A DNA stretch of 64,000 bases, from assembly GCA_036149055.1 (NCBI GenBank), contig JAYZQJ010000017.1, positions 1 to 64,000 of the forward strand, in the 5' to 3' direction. Shown here one piece after another: positions 40,654 to 50,346 of this stretch. Source of the stretch: Myxococcota bacterium. GTDB lineage: Bacteria > Myxococcota_A > Polyangia > Polyangiales > Sandaracinaceae. How positions within the stretch are numbered: position 1 is the first letter of the stretch; every line of letters starts with the position of its first letter. The translations under genes were made by a program, and so were the position numbers. Below the pieces are notes generated by a model, which saw only the letters and a program-made list of their open reading frames with translations, did not search any database and had not been told where the DNA came from.

Positions 40654-42827
40654 GTGAACCCGAGCAGCAGCCCGCCCTGATAGGTCAGCAGCGCGCCCAC
40701 GTAGGCGAGCGCCGTCATGTAGGCGACCATGAAGAGCGGCCACTTCCAGGTCCCGCTCTCGCGCTTGATGACCGCCAGGGTGCTCATGCACTGGGCGGCG
40801 AGCACGAAGAAGACCATCAGCGAGAAGCCGCTCAGCGGGGTGAACAGGAGGCTGCCGTCGTCGCGGCGCGCCTCGGCGAGGGCGGCCCGGAGCGGCACGC
40901 TCTCCTCGTCCTCCTCCGCGCCGATGCCCCACACCACGCCGAGGGTGCTGACGAGCACCTCGCGGGCGGCGAACGATCCGATCAGCCCGACGCCGATGCG
41001 CCAGTCGAACCCGAGCGGCTCGATCAGCGGCTCGATCGCGTGCCCCAGCTTGCCGGCCGCGCTGTGCGGCAGCTGCGCCTCGGCCTCGCGCGCGTCGAGC
41101 TCCCCGAGCCGCTCCTCGAGCGCCTCGCCGGACAGCGCCTCGCTCGCCTCGGCCCGCAGGCCGTCGAAGCGCGCGGTGACCGGCTCGCTCGTGGGGTACG
41201 AGAGGAGCCCCCAGAGCACGATGGTGATCGCGAGGATGATCGTGCCCGCGTCGGTGAGGAAGGTCTGGACCCGACGCCAGACCGCCGAGCCCACGTTGCG
41301 CGCGCCCGGCACGCGATAGGGCGGCAGCTCGAGGACCAGCGCGGGGCGGGGACCGCGGAGCACCGTGCGCCGCATGACCGCCGCCGCGCTCAGCGTCGCG
41401 AGCACGCTGAGCGCATACATCGTGAAGAGCACGAGCGCGCCCATCGAGATCACGCCGCCCACCCGCTCGTTCGCCGGGAACACCACCGCGATCACGAGCG
41501 CGTAGATCGGCAGGCGGGCGCTGCAGCTCATCAGCGGCAGGGCCAGCATCGTGACCAGGCGGTCCTTGCGGTTCTCGATGGTGCGCGTCGCCATCACCGC
41601 GGGCACCGCGCAGGCGAAGCCGCTGAGGAGCGGGACGAACGCCTTCCCGTGCAGCCCGACGCCGCTCATCACGCGATCGATCACGAAGGCGACGCGGGCC
41701 AGGTAGCCGCTGTCCTCGAGCACCGCGATGAAGACGAAGAGCAGCGCGATCTGCGGCACGAACACCACGACGTTGCCCACGCCCGCGATCACGCCCTCGA
41801 CGAGGAGATCGGTCAGCGGGCCGGGCGGCAGCGTGGCGACGGTCAGCCCCTGCGCCGCGCCGACGGCGTCCTCGATCAGCCCGATGAGCGGGTCCGACCA
41901 CGCGAAGAGCGCCTCGAAGAGCACGAACATCACGAGCGCGAAGGCGGCGAGGCCGAGCACCGGGTGGGTCAGCGCCGCGTCGAGCCGGGCGGTGAGCGCG
42001 CGGGTGGCCCCGCCCTCGGGCGCCGTCACCGCGTCGCGCACCCAGCCGTCGATCCGCGCGTAGCGCGCCGCGATCAGCTCGCGGTCGACGTCGCGCCCCG
42101 TCTCCTCGGCCCGCGCCCGGACCCCGGCCACGACCTCCCGGAGCGACGCCGGCACGCCGACCAGCTCGTCGTCCCCGAGCGACAGGAGCGCCCAGGTCGA
42201 GCGCGCCCGGATCGCCGACGCCGGCTCGTCCGGGTGCAGCCCCGACGCCACCGCCTCGATCTCGACCACGTCGGTCTCGAGCGGCCCCTCGAGCGGCTCC
42301 GGCGCGCGCGCCTGGGCTTCGTCGGCGAGCGCCTCCTTCACGGCCGCGCCGAGCGCGTCCAGCCCCTCGCGCCGCACGGCCGAGATCGAGACCACGCGCG
42401 CGCCGGTGCGCGACGCCAGCGCCTCCTCGTCGACGGCCACGCCCATCTTGCGGGCCTCGTCGATCATGTTGAGCGCGATGACCGTCGGCCGGCCGGTCTC
42501 GACGATCTGGAGCGCGAGGTAGAGGTGCCGCTCGAGCGCGGTCGCGTCGGCCACCACGATCACCGCGTCGGGCGCGGGCCCCTCGGGCGGCAGGATCGCG
42601 TCGACCGCGACCTGCTCCTCGGGCGAGCGGGCGCTGAGGCTGTAGGTGCCCGGGACGTCGAAGAGCTCCACCGAGTCGCCGCCCACGCTCCAACGGCCGC
42701 TCCGGCGATCGATGGTGATGCCCGGGTAGTTCCCGGTCCGCGCGCGGGCGCCGGTGAGCGCGTTGAAGAGCGTGGTCTTGCCCGCGTTGGGGTTGCCCGC
42801 GAGGGCGACGGTCCGGCGCGCGCTCAT
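40650..42827 (-). CDS. feoB: Ferrous iron transporter FeoB
   Basis: GNPNAGKT, GNYPGIT, DVPGTYSL, NMID, LEDSGYLAR, GFACAVPA, MSCSARLP, LELPPY. Confidence 0.97.
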   Translation of the reverse strand: MSARRTVALAGNPNAGKTTLFNALTGARARTGNYPGITIDRRSGRWSVGGDSVELFDVPGTYSLSARSPEEQVAVDAILPPEGPAPDAVIVVADATALERHLYLALQIVETGRPTVIALNMIDEARKMGVAVDEEALASRTGARVVSISAVRREGLDALGAAVKEALADEAQARAPEPLEGPLETDVVEIEAVASGLHPDEPASAIRARSTWALLSLGDDELVGVPASLREVVAGVRARAEETGRDVDRELIAARYARIDGWVRDAVTAPEGGATRALTARLDAALTHPVLGLAAFALVMFVLFEALFAWSDPLIGLIEDAVGAAQGLTVATLPPGPLTDLLVEGVIAGVGNVVVFVPQIALLFVFIAVLEDSGYLARVAFVIDRVMSGVGLHGKAFVPLLSGFACAVPAVMATRTIENRKDRLVTMLALPLMSCSARLPIYALVIAVVFPANERVGGVISMGALVLFTMYALSVLATLSAAAVMRRTVLRGPRPALVLELPPYRVPGARNVGSAVWRRVQTFLTDAGTIILAITIVLWGLLSYPTSEPVTARFDGLRAEASEALSGEALEERLGELDAREAEAQLPHSAAGKLGHAIEPLIEPLGFDWRIGVGLIGSFAAREVLVSTLGVVWGIGAEEDEESVPLRAALAEARRDDGSLLFTPLSGFSLMVFFVLAAQCMSTLAVIKRESGTWKWPLFMVAYMTALAYVGALLTYQGGLLLGFT

Positions 42828-43075
42828 GACCGCTCTCGCACGTCGGCGAGCGCGATGCCCGCGGCCTCCTGCCGGCGGATGCTGAGCGAGTAGCTGCGCA
42901 CCCGGAGCTCGATGGGATCGCCGAGCGGCGCGACCCGCACGACCTTCACCCGGGTGCCCGGGAGCACCCCCATCTCCATCAGCCGGCGCGACACCGCGCG
43001 GGGGCCGCGGACGTCGACCACGGTCGCTTCGGCGCCGACCGAGAGGTCGGCGAGGGTCGGGCCTTCGTCACTCAC
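42824..43075 (-). CDS. feoA: Ferrous iron transport protein FeoA
   Basis: RRLMEMGVLPGT..APLGDPIELRVRSYSLSIRRQEA; GTG start at 43075. Confidence 0.95.
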   Translation of the reverse strand: MSDEGPTLADLSVGAEATVVDVRGPRAVSRRLMEMGVLPGTRVKVVRVAPLGDPIELRVRSYSLSIRRQEAAGIALADVRERS

Positions 43076-43081
43076 GGAGGA

Positions 43082-43109
43082 ACGATAATCGTTCTCGCAA
43101 CCGCGGCAA
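43082..43109 (-). promoter_or_regulatory. feoA promoter with overlapping Fur box
   Basis: Minus strand TTGCCG-16 nt-TATCGT then 6 nt to GTG; GAGAAC-G-ATTATC (43084-43096) matches GATAAT-N-ATTATC at 10/12. Confidence 0.7.
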
Positions 43110-43205
43110 GCCGGCGTCGCACACGTGATTCCCCCGGGAATTTCACCTCGATCGGCGACCGTACGAAGATTACACTGTCCGAGGATGATTCCGGAACGGG
43201 TGAAC

Positions 43206-43970
43206 ATGCGAGAGTCGACGTCGGCCGGGGGGCTGGTGGCGAGCGCGGTGGCGGAAGCCGTCGGCGCGTTCGCGGCCCCTCGGGTGCGGGCGAAGGTGCT
43301 CGAGCTCGCCCTCCGGTGGGCCCGACGCGGGGACATCCCCGAGTGGGGTCCCGACGTGCGCGACTTCGTCGAGGGACCGCTGCTCCGGGCGACCGAGGAG
43401 CTGCTGGGCGCGGACCTCGCGTCCGCCATCTCGGACGAGCTCGCGCCGATGGTGCGCATGCTCGACGACGCCGAGAGCTCGGGCGTGCGCAAGAGCGTGC
43501 CCGCGCCGCCCGCCCTCCCCGACTTCGAGCGCGCCCCGGCGCCGCTGCCCGACCGGCCGCGCGCGACGGGTCACCGCCTGATGGCCACCGACCCCGCGCC
43601 GAGCAGCCTGCCGATCGTGCTGATCGCGAGCGGCGACCCGGGGGCGGTCGAGGCCCTGAGCCTGGCCCTGGCCGGCCACGCGACGGTCGAGCCGGTACGT
43701 GACGCGCTCGCCATCCTCGAGAACCTCGGGGGCGACGACGCCGCGGTGGTGGTCATGGACTGCCGCCGCCCGGTGGTGCGGGTCGAGACCCTGCTCGCGC
43801 TCTCGCCCGAGCTGCCGCCCGACAGCCGGGTCGTGCTCTGGGGCGAGCCGCGCAACCTCGACGACTCGCTCCGCATGCTCGGCGTCGGCCTGCCGCCGTC
43901 CTGGGTGCGCTGCGGCCGCGAGGCCCGCCAGGACGACGTGGCGGCGGTGTGCCGCGTGATCTCCACGTGA
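43206..43970 (+). CDS. Hypothetical protein with C-terminal atypical receiver-like domain
   Basis: IVLIASGD..VVVMDCRRP..RVVLWG beta/alpha pattern. Confidence 0.6.
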   Translation: MRESTSAGGLVASAVAEAVGAFAAPRVRAKVLELALRWARRGDIPEWGPDVRDFVEGPLLRATEELLGADLASAISDELAPMVRMLDDAESSGVRKSVPAPPALPDFERAPAPLPDRPRATGHRLMATDPAPSSLPIVLIASGDPGAVEALSLALAGHATVEPVRDALAILENLGGDDAAVVVMDCRRPVVRVETLLALSPELPPDSRVVLWGEPRNLDDSLRMLGVGLPPSWVRCGREARQDDVAAVCRVIST

Positions 43971-43992
43971 GCGCGTGGTAGCCCGAGGGCGC

Positions 43993-44919
43993 ATGACGCT
44001 GCCCGCGCTCGCCCCGCCCTTCCCCGACGTCGACAGCGCCGCGGCCGGCCTCGAGGCCGCCGACTACCTCGCCGATCGCGAGACCGTCGTCGTCGCCTGG
44101 CTCGCCGGCCAGCTCGGCCGCCCCCTGCTCCTCGAGGGCCCGCCCGGCGTCGGCAAGACCGAGCTCGCCAAGGCCGTGGCCCGGGCCACCGGCCGGGAGC
44201 TGGTCCGCTTGCAATGCTACGAGGGCCTCGACGAGGCCAAGGCGCTCTACGAGTGGGAGTACGGCAAGCAGATGCTCTACACCCAGCTCCTCCGGGACAC
44301 CGTCGCCGAGACCGTCGCCGGCGCCCGGGACCTCGGCGAGGCCGTCGAGCGCGTCGCGGCGCACGACGCCGCCTTCTTCCACGAGCGCTTCCTCGCCCCG
44401 CGCCCGCTCCTGGCCGCGCTCCGGAGCGAGGCCCCCGTCGTCCTGCTCGTCGACGAGGTCGACCGCAGCGACCCCGAGCTCGAGGCGCTGCTGCTCGAGG
44501 TCCTCAGCGACTTCGCCGTCAGCGTCCCCGAGCTCGGCACCCTCCCCGCGCGCAGCCGCCCCTACGTCGTGCTCACCAGCAACGCCACCCGCGAGCTCAC
44601 CGAAGCCCTGCGCCGCCGCTGCCTGCACCTCACCCTGGACTTCCCGAGCGAGAAGCGCGAGCTCGCCATCGTGCGCCGCCGCGTCCCCGAAGCCCAGGAC
44701 GCCCTCGCCGCCCAGCTCGTCGCCTTCGTCCAGTCCGTGCGTGCTCTCGACCTTCGCAAGACCCCTTCCGTCGCCGAGACCCTCGACTGGGCCCGCTCCC
44801 TCGTCCTTCTCGGCGCCGAGGCCCTCGACCCCGCCCTCGTCCGCGACACCCTCGGCGTCCTCGCCAAGCACCGCGAAGACGCCGAGCGCATCGAAGCCAC
44901 CCTCCACGAGCACCTCTGA
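43993..44919 (+). CDS. MoxR/CoxD-family AAA+ ATPase
   Basis: LLLEGPPGVGKTELAK, RLQCYEGLDEAKALYEW, LLVDEVDR, LTSN..EALRRRC, PSVAETLDW. Confidence 0.92.
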   Translation: MTLPALAPPFPDVDSAAAGLEAADYLADRETVVVAWLAGQLGRPLLLEGPPGVGKTELAKAVARATGRELVRLQCYEGLDEAKALYEWEYGKQMLYTQLLRDTVAETVAGARDLGEAVERVAAHDAAFFHERFLAPRPLLAALRSEAPVVLLVDEVDRSDPELEALLLEVLSDFAVSVPELGTLPARSRPYVVLTSNATRELTEALRRRCLHLTLDFPSEKRELAIVRRRVPEAQDALAAQLVAFVQSVRALDLRKTPSVAETLDWARSLVLLGAEALDPALVRDTLGVLAKHREDAERIEATLHEHL

Positions 44920-44937
44920 CGGGGGGGCGAGCGGCGG

Positions 44938-45756
44938 CTACTCGGCCATCAGCTCGCGGACCAGCGCCGCGTCGTCGAGCGGCTCGGTCGCCGGGTCGCC
45001 CTTCTCGAGCGCGCCGCGCAGCCAGGGCCAGTGCGGGCCGCGGTTGCGGCAGCCCTGGGCGCGCTCGCGCTCGGTGCAGAGCACCCGGATGTGGAAGTGG
45101 TCGTCGTGGGGGCTCGCGTCGGCGGGCTGGTGCAGCACGAACGCGGCCCGCGCGATGGCGCGGGGGTCCGGCTCGTGGGCCTGCGCCCAGCGGAGCAGCC
45201 GGGCCTTCACGCCGCGGCTCACGAAGATCCACTGCACCGCCCAGTCCTCGTCGAGCAGCAGGGTGCGCACGAAGTGCCAGTTGCGCGCGTCGTCGAAGAG
45301 GAAGAGCGCCGGCGCCTGCCCCTCCCGCGCGTCCACCGCGAAGCCGAAGCGGTTGTAGGCCAGCCAGCCGCGCGCCTCCCGGGACCGGCCGCTGGGATCG
45401 GTGACGTAGAAGAGCACGTCGGCGTCGCGCCCGGTCCGGTGGCTGCCGTGGCGGTGATGGCGGCCGCCCCAGGGCGACGACAGGTCTCCGACCCGCACCG
45501 GCGCGCTGCCCGGGAAGCGCCCCGCGACCGAGGCCGCGGCGCCCTCGAGCGCGGCGATCAGGCGGGGCGTCCCGTAGCGCGTCGCCTCGCCCGGCCGCGC
45601 GCGCACGTAGCCCTCCCCGCGGTCCGGCAGCGCCCTCCCGTCGCGCAGCACGCCGTGGTTCGTCACCCCGAACGACAAGGGCTCGTCCGGCGCGGGGACG
45701 AAGCCGAGGCAGCCCGTCATCAGCGCGAAGACGACCGGCGCGGCGCGGCGGAGCAT
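44938..45756 (-). CDS. mepA: Penicillin-insensitive murein endopeptidase, lipoprotein
   Basis: Lipobox MTGC; VGDLS..GG..HGSHRTGRDAD, HDDHFHIRV. Confidence 0.85.
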   Translation of the reverse strand: MLRRAAPVVFALMTGCLGFVPAPDEPLSFGVTNHGVLRDGRALPDRGEGYVRARPGEATRYGTPRLIAALEGAAASVAGRFPGSAPVRVGDLSSPWGGRHHRHGSHRTGRDADVLFYVTDPSGRSREARGWLAYNRFGFAVDAREGQAPALFLFDDARNWHFVRTLLLDEDWAVQWIFVSRGVKARLLRWAQAHEPDPRAIARAAFVLHQPADASPHDDHFHIRVLCTERERAQGCRNRGPHWPWLRGALEKGDPATEPLDDAALVRELMAE

Positions 45757-45815
45757 GCCCACTGGATAACACGGGGCTTGACGCGGGGCGCCACTCACGT
45801 AGATCCCCGGGCCGC

Positions 45816-46838
45816 ATGGAAGACGAGCTCGAGCCGATGGGCCAGCTGGCCGCGCACCTCGACCGGGGCTGGGACCTCGTGGCGAAGGGAGACCTGCGCC
45901 GCGCCGCGCTGAGCGCCGAGAAGTCGCTCGAGCTCGATGAGGCCTCCCCCGAGGCCCACAACCTGCTCGGCTACATCGCCCAGGCCGAGGGTCAGGACGA
46001 GGACGCGCTCGAGCACTACCAGCACGCGCTGGAGCTCGACGAGGGCTACGTGGACGCGATGCTGAACGCCGCCGACGTGCTGGTGCGCATGCAGGACCAC
46101 GACGCGGCGCTCGCCATGGTGCACGAGGCGCTCGACTGGCTGCAGGACGACGAGATCGACGAGCGGACCGACGCGATGCTGGTCGAGCTCGACATCCACC
46201 TCTTCCGCGGTGAGCGCGAGGCGGCGGCCAGCGTGGCCCGCGACCTGCCGACCGGCCCCTTCGAGAACCCGGGCCTCGTGCTCCACGTCGGCCGCGCCAA
46301 GCTCGACACCGGCGACCTCGACGGCGCCGAGCCGCTCATCGAGCAGGCCATCGGGCAGCAGCCGCCGACCTCGGACGCGTTCTACTACCACGGCCTGATC
46401 CGCGAGCAGCGCGACGACGCGCGCGGCGCCCTGCTCGCCTTCCTCCAGGCCCGCGAGCTCGACGCGCGCATGCCGCCGATGCCCTGGAGCCTCCCGCGCG
46501 AGCAGCTCGAGCAGCGCGTGCAGGCGGTCTTCGGCGGCCTCCCGGCCGAGCTGACCCGCGTCCTCGAGGGCGCGCTGGTCGTCGTCACCGACCTGCCCGG
46601 CGCCGAGATCGTCGCCGACGGCGTCGACCCGCGCATCCCGGTGCTCCTGGACGTGCCGGCCGAGGAGGCCGAGGCGCCGACCCGCGTCGTGCGCGTCTTC
46701 CTCTACCAGCGCAACATCGAGCGCGTCGCCGCCGGCGTGCTCGAGATCGACGACGAGATCCGGCGCGCCCTGGAGGCCGAGCTCCGCGCGACCTTCCCGC
46801 ACCTCGACGAGGCCGCGCCCCCGGACCCGGAGCCCTAG
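45816..46838 (+). CDS. TPR protein with C-terminal minimal-zincin-like domain lacking HExxH
   Basis: TPRs (PEAHNLLGYI); LPAEL..VTDLP..DPR..RVFLYQRNIER..EIRRALEAE. Confidence 0.75.
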   Translation: MEDELEPMGQLAAHLDRGWDLVAKGDLRRAALSAEKSLELDEASPEAHNLLGYIAQAEGQDEDALEHYQHALELDEGYVDAMLNAADVLVRMQDHDAALAMVHEALDWLQDDEIDERTDAMLVELDIHLFRGEREAAASVARDLPTGPFENPGLVLHVGRAKLDTGDLDGAEPLIEQAIGQQPPTSDAFYYHGLIREQRDDARGALLAFLQARELDARMPPMPWSLPREQLEQRVQAVFGGLPAELTRVLEGALVVVTDLPGAEIVADGVDPRIPVLLDVPAEEAEAPTRVVRVFLYQRNIERVAAGVLEIDDEIRRALEAELRATFPHLDEAAPPDPEP

Positions 46839-46928
46839 CTCGGCGCGCCCGCCCGCTGGGACGGCCCGGACGCGATTTGACCCGGTCCCCGTCCGCGGGC
46901 AACGTCCCCGCCCATCGAGGTGTCACAC

Positions 46929-47882
46929 ATGGTCAATCGTTCGCTCGTGCTCTTCTTCTCCTTCGGGCTGGTCGCCTGCTCGCTCGGCGCTCGCCCGCCC
47001 GGACGCCTCGGCGATGGTGGCGGCGCCGCCCCCACGGCCGACGGAGGCGCGCCTGCGCCGGGGAGTGACGCGGGTGAGTGCGTCCCCTCGCCGGAGGACA
47101 CGCCCGAGACCTGCTCGGACGGCCTCGACAACAACTGCAACTTCCAGTGGGACTGCTCGGACGTGGCGTGCTCGGGGGTCGGCGACTGCCCGATCTGCGG
47201 CACCGTCGACACGCCCCTCGGCGCGCCGCTCGCCCTCCCCGACGGCGTGGGAGGCTCGAGCTGCGCGAGCGACGCGGACTGCCCCGGCGAGCAGACCTGC
47301 TTCACGATCGACGGGATCTTCGGGCCCACACAGGAGTGCCGCGAGTCCTACCGCTCGACGCTCAGCTTCATCGGCTTCGGCGGCGCGACCTTCGACTCCG
47401 TGAACGACATCACGTCGATCTGCGTGGTGATGGAGCACTCCTGGATCCGGGATCTCGAGATCGCCCTCGAGGCGCCCAATGGCGCCCGCGTCCGGCTGCA
47501 GGAGTTCCTCGGGCAGGAGGGCGGCGAGGTCTACCTCGGCACGGCGAACGATTGCGACGACGACGGGGCGCCCTCTCCGGGCACCGGCGCGCGCTACTGC
47601 TGGACGCCGACCGCGACGCGCCAGTCGATGCTCGACTACGCCAACGCGATGGGAGCGATGGACAGCGTGCCCTCCTGCAGCGGCTCCGGCGCCGTCGACA
47701 GCCTGCCCCCGGGGGACTACTCCGCGGCCGACGACTGGTCGAGACTGCTCGGCGCCCCTCTCAACGGCGACTGGACCCTCTCGGTCACCGATCTCTGGGG
47801 CATCGACAACGGGTACATCTTCGAGTGGTCGATCTCGTTCGATCCGACGACCGTCGAAGACTGCTCCTCGCCGCTGATCTGA
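46929..47882 (+). CDS. Cys-rich lipoprotein with proprotein convertase P-domain-like region
   Basis: Lipobox LVAC; ETCSDGLDNNC; EHSWIRDLEIALEAPNG..LNGDWTLSVTD..DNGYIFEWSISF. Confidence 0.8.
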   Translation: MVNRSLVLFFSFGLVACSLGARPPGRLGDGGGAAPTADGGAPAPGSDAGECVPSPEDTPETCSDGLDNNCNFQWDCSDVACSGVGDCPICGTVDTPLGAPLALPDGVGGSSCASDADCPGEQTCFTIDGIFGPTQECRESYRSTLSFIGFGGATFDSVNDITSICVVMEHSWIRDLEIALEAPNGARVRLQEFLGQEGGEVYLGTANDCDDDGAPSPGTGARYCWTPTATRQSMLDYANAMGAMDSVPSCSGSGAVDSLPPGDYSAADDWSRLLGAPLNGDWTLSVTDLWGIDNGYIFEWSISFDPTTVEDCSSPLI

Positions 47883-47907
47883 CCGAACACCCCTTCGCCG
47901 AATCGGC

Positions 47908-48915
47908 TCACAGCATCGCGTCGATGGCGCGGACCATGTCGGCGTCGAGGGCGCGGTGGTGGGCGATGCGGACGTCGAGGTCCCGGTCGCGGAAGCGTGC
48001 GAGGGCGCGGCCGATGGCGCTGGCGATCCACGCTGGCGCGTTGCCGAAGGCGCCGCCGCCGAGGAAGGTCAGCCACACCTTGCCGGATCCTTCGCGCTCC
48101 TCCGCGTCGAGCAGCGCGCAGCGCAGGGTCGCCTCGTAGGCCGCGTCGAGCACGAGGGTGGCGAGCGGCCGCCAGAGCGCGAGGCTCCCGCTCGCGTAGC
48201 CGCAGGAGAGCGCGGAGCAGAACGCCTGGGACACACGGCGCGGCGCGTCGGGGGGCGTGAAGCGGGTCGCGAACGTGACCTCGACGCCGGTCTGGAGGCC
48301 GACCCGCAGCGCCCCCATCAGCGCGTCCCGGTCCGCCGCCTCGAGCGCCTCGCCCAGCGCGCGGAGCTTCTCGGGGGTGGAGAACGTGTAGCCGTTGCGC
48401 ACCTCGACCAGCCCGCCCGCCTCGCCGAGCGCCGCCTGCACCCCGGCGAGGTTCTCGATCTGCCGGTCGCGCGTCTGACCGGCGCGCCCATCCACCGGAG
48501 CGAAGTAGTTGCGGTACACCGTCGCCGCGCCGGCGGCGAGCGAGCAGGCCGGCCCCTGCGTCGGGTCCATCGCGTACTGCGTCACCCCGTCCTCGGGCAC
48601 GTCACGAGGGTCCGCGAACTCCAGGCAGTTGAGCTGCGACGCCACCTGGAACAGCGCGCCCTCGTTCTCGGGCCGCGCGTGCAGCTCGAGCACGTCCCCG
48701 GTCACCTCGTGCGTCACCCGGAGCGCGCCCGGCCGCGCGTGAACGGTGCGCTCCCGGAGCGACGCGAGCGACGGCGTCTCGAAGCGCCCGACCGCGAAGC
48801 GCCGGCCGTTGGCGCGCGACACCAGCGCCTCTCCGTCCAGCGCGAAGCGCGCGCGCGTCGCCTCGTAGTCGCCCTCCGGGAACCCGAAGAGCTGCTCGAA
48901 CCAGGTCTGCGTCAT
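47908..48915 (-). CDS. Hypothetical protein, possible PARG/macrodomain-like ADP-ribose hydrolase
   Basis: FQVASQLNCLE..DPTQGPA and TFLGGGAFGN Gly-rich loop. Confidence 0.6.
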   Translation of the reverse strand: MTQTWFEQLFGFPEGDYEATRARFALDGEALVSRANGRRFAVGRFETPSLASLRERTVHARPGALRVTHEVTGDVLELHARPENEGALFQVASQLNCLEFADPRDVPEDGVTQYAMDPTQGPACSLAAGAATVYRNYFAPVDGRAGQTRDRQIENLAGVQAALGEAGGLVEVRNGYTFSTPEKLRALGEALEAADRDALMGALRVGLQTGVEVTFATRFTPPDAPRRVSQAFCSALSCGYASGSLALWRPLATLVLDAAYEATLRCALLDAEEREGSGKVWLTFLGGGAFGNAPAWIASAIGRALARFRDRDLDVRIAHHRALDADMVRAIDAML

Positions 48916-48986
48916 GCTCGCCCACCCTACCCCGAAGGGCCCCCTCTTCGCGCTCCCCGCGTCGGTTCGGTGTAGGCTTTGCCGCC

Positions 48987-49607
48987 GTGGGTGGGACGGA
49001 CGGGGACAAGCGGCGGCGGATCATCGCCGCGGCGGTGGAGCTGCTCGAGGAGGGCGGGCCGTCGCTCAGCTTCCGGGCGGTGGCGCGCGCGGCGGGGGTC
49101 AGCCGAGGCGCCGTGCAGCACTACTTCCCGGACCGCGACGCGCTCGTGCAGGGCTGCCTCGCGCACCTCGAGGAGGCGTTCGCGGAGATGGGCGTCGCGC
49201 TCGGCGGCGCGGGGCTCGAGCCGGGCGCGCCGTTCATCCAGGAGGCGGCGCGGCGGCTCTATCGCTTCGGCCGGGAGCACCGCACGCTGCTGCAGCTCCG
49301 CTTGCAGACGGCCGCGCCCGACGAGGTGGGCGGCGGGCACTGGACCCGCACGCTGACGCTCGGCCCCGGCGTGGGCGCGGTGGTCGCGCCGCACTCGACC
49401 GTGCCGCCCGCGGAGCTCGGCGCGACGGTGAAGTCGCTCGTCATGGCCATCGGTCGCTTCGCGTTCATGAGCGACGAGGAGCTGACCAACATGACGGGCG
49501 AGGACGACGTGGACGCGGCGAGCGACGCGGCCGAGCGCTACCTCGCGTCGTGCGCGCTCCGGCTGCTCCGCCCCGGCTCGCCCAAGGGCGCGGCGTCTAC
49601 GGCGTGA
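48987..49607 (+). CDS. TetR/AcrR family regulator
   Basis: RRIIAAAVELLEEGG..SFRAVARAAGVSRGAVQHYFPDRDAL. Confidence 0.9.
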   Translation: MGGTDGDKRRRIIAAAVELLEEGGPSLSFRAVARAAGVSRGAVQHYFPDRDALVQGCLAHLEEAFAEMGVALGGAGLEPGAPFIQEAARRLYRFGREHRTLLQLRLQTAAPDEVGGGHWTRTLTLGPGVGAVVAPHSTVPPAELGATVKSLVMAIGRFAFMSDEELTNMTGEDDVDAASDAAERYLASCALRLLRPGSPKGAASTA

Positions 49608-50223
49608 GCAGCCGGACGGCCGTGCGCGCCACGTGCGCCTCGGCCAGCGCGAGCACCGCCTCCGGCGACGCCCCCGGCTCGGCCTCGACGAAGGCCGCCA
49701 TGTCGTCGGGCTGGAGGATCGCGAGCCCGAGGATCATGGAAGCGAGCGCCTGCACCGCGAGCCTCGCCTCGATCTCCTCCATCCCGCACATCGCGCAGAG
49801 CGCCGGGACCCAGCCCGCGAGCCCCCGGCCGAAGAGCAGCTGACGCCGCCGCGGGTGCAGCTCGCCGCGCACGATGGTGGTGCCCAGTCGGAAGCGCACC
49901 AGCGCCCGGTCGCGCCGCGCCCAGCTCCAGAACGCGCGGGCCGCGAGCTCGACGCTGCGCGCGGGCTGATCGACGCGGACCTCCGACACCACCGCGCCGA
50001 CCGCGGCGTCGAGCCGCTCGTAGTAGCCGTCGAGGCAAGCCTCGAGCAGCTCCTCGCGCGAGCCGAAGTAGTACTGCACCGTACCCTGACTGCAGCCCGC
50101 CTCGCGCGCCACCGCGCGGAGCGACAGCGAGCCGTGCTCTCCCTCCGCCTCGAGCACGCGGAGCGCGGCGGCGAGGATGGAGTCGTAGGTCTTTGCGCTG
50201 TCGGCGTCGGGCGGGCGTGCCAC
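49597..50223 (-). CDS. TetR/AcrR family regulator
   Basis: (V)ARPP..ILAAALRVL..SLRAVAREAGCSQGTVQYYFGSREEL; GTG start at 50223. Confidence 0.9.
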   Translation of the reverse strand: MARPPDADSAKTYDSILAAALRVLEAEGEHGSLSLRAVAREAGCSQGTVQYYFGSREELLEACLDGYYERLDAAVGAVVSEVRVDQPARSVELAARAFWSWARRDRALVRFRLGTTIVRGELHPRRRQLLFGRGLAGWVPALCAMCGMEEIEARLAVQALASMILGLAILQPDDMAAFVEAEPGASPEAVLALAEAHVARTAVRLLTP

Positions 50224-50346
50224 GGGCGAGCTCCTGCGCTGGGCACCATAGCGCGGACCGCCGCGCGACGTCGCCAGACCACCGTACGATTCCGCCGATT
50301 GTCGGTCCGCCCTCCCAGTGACACCACATCTCGCAGGGAGGACCTC

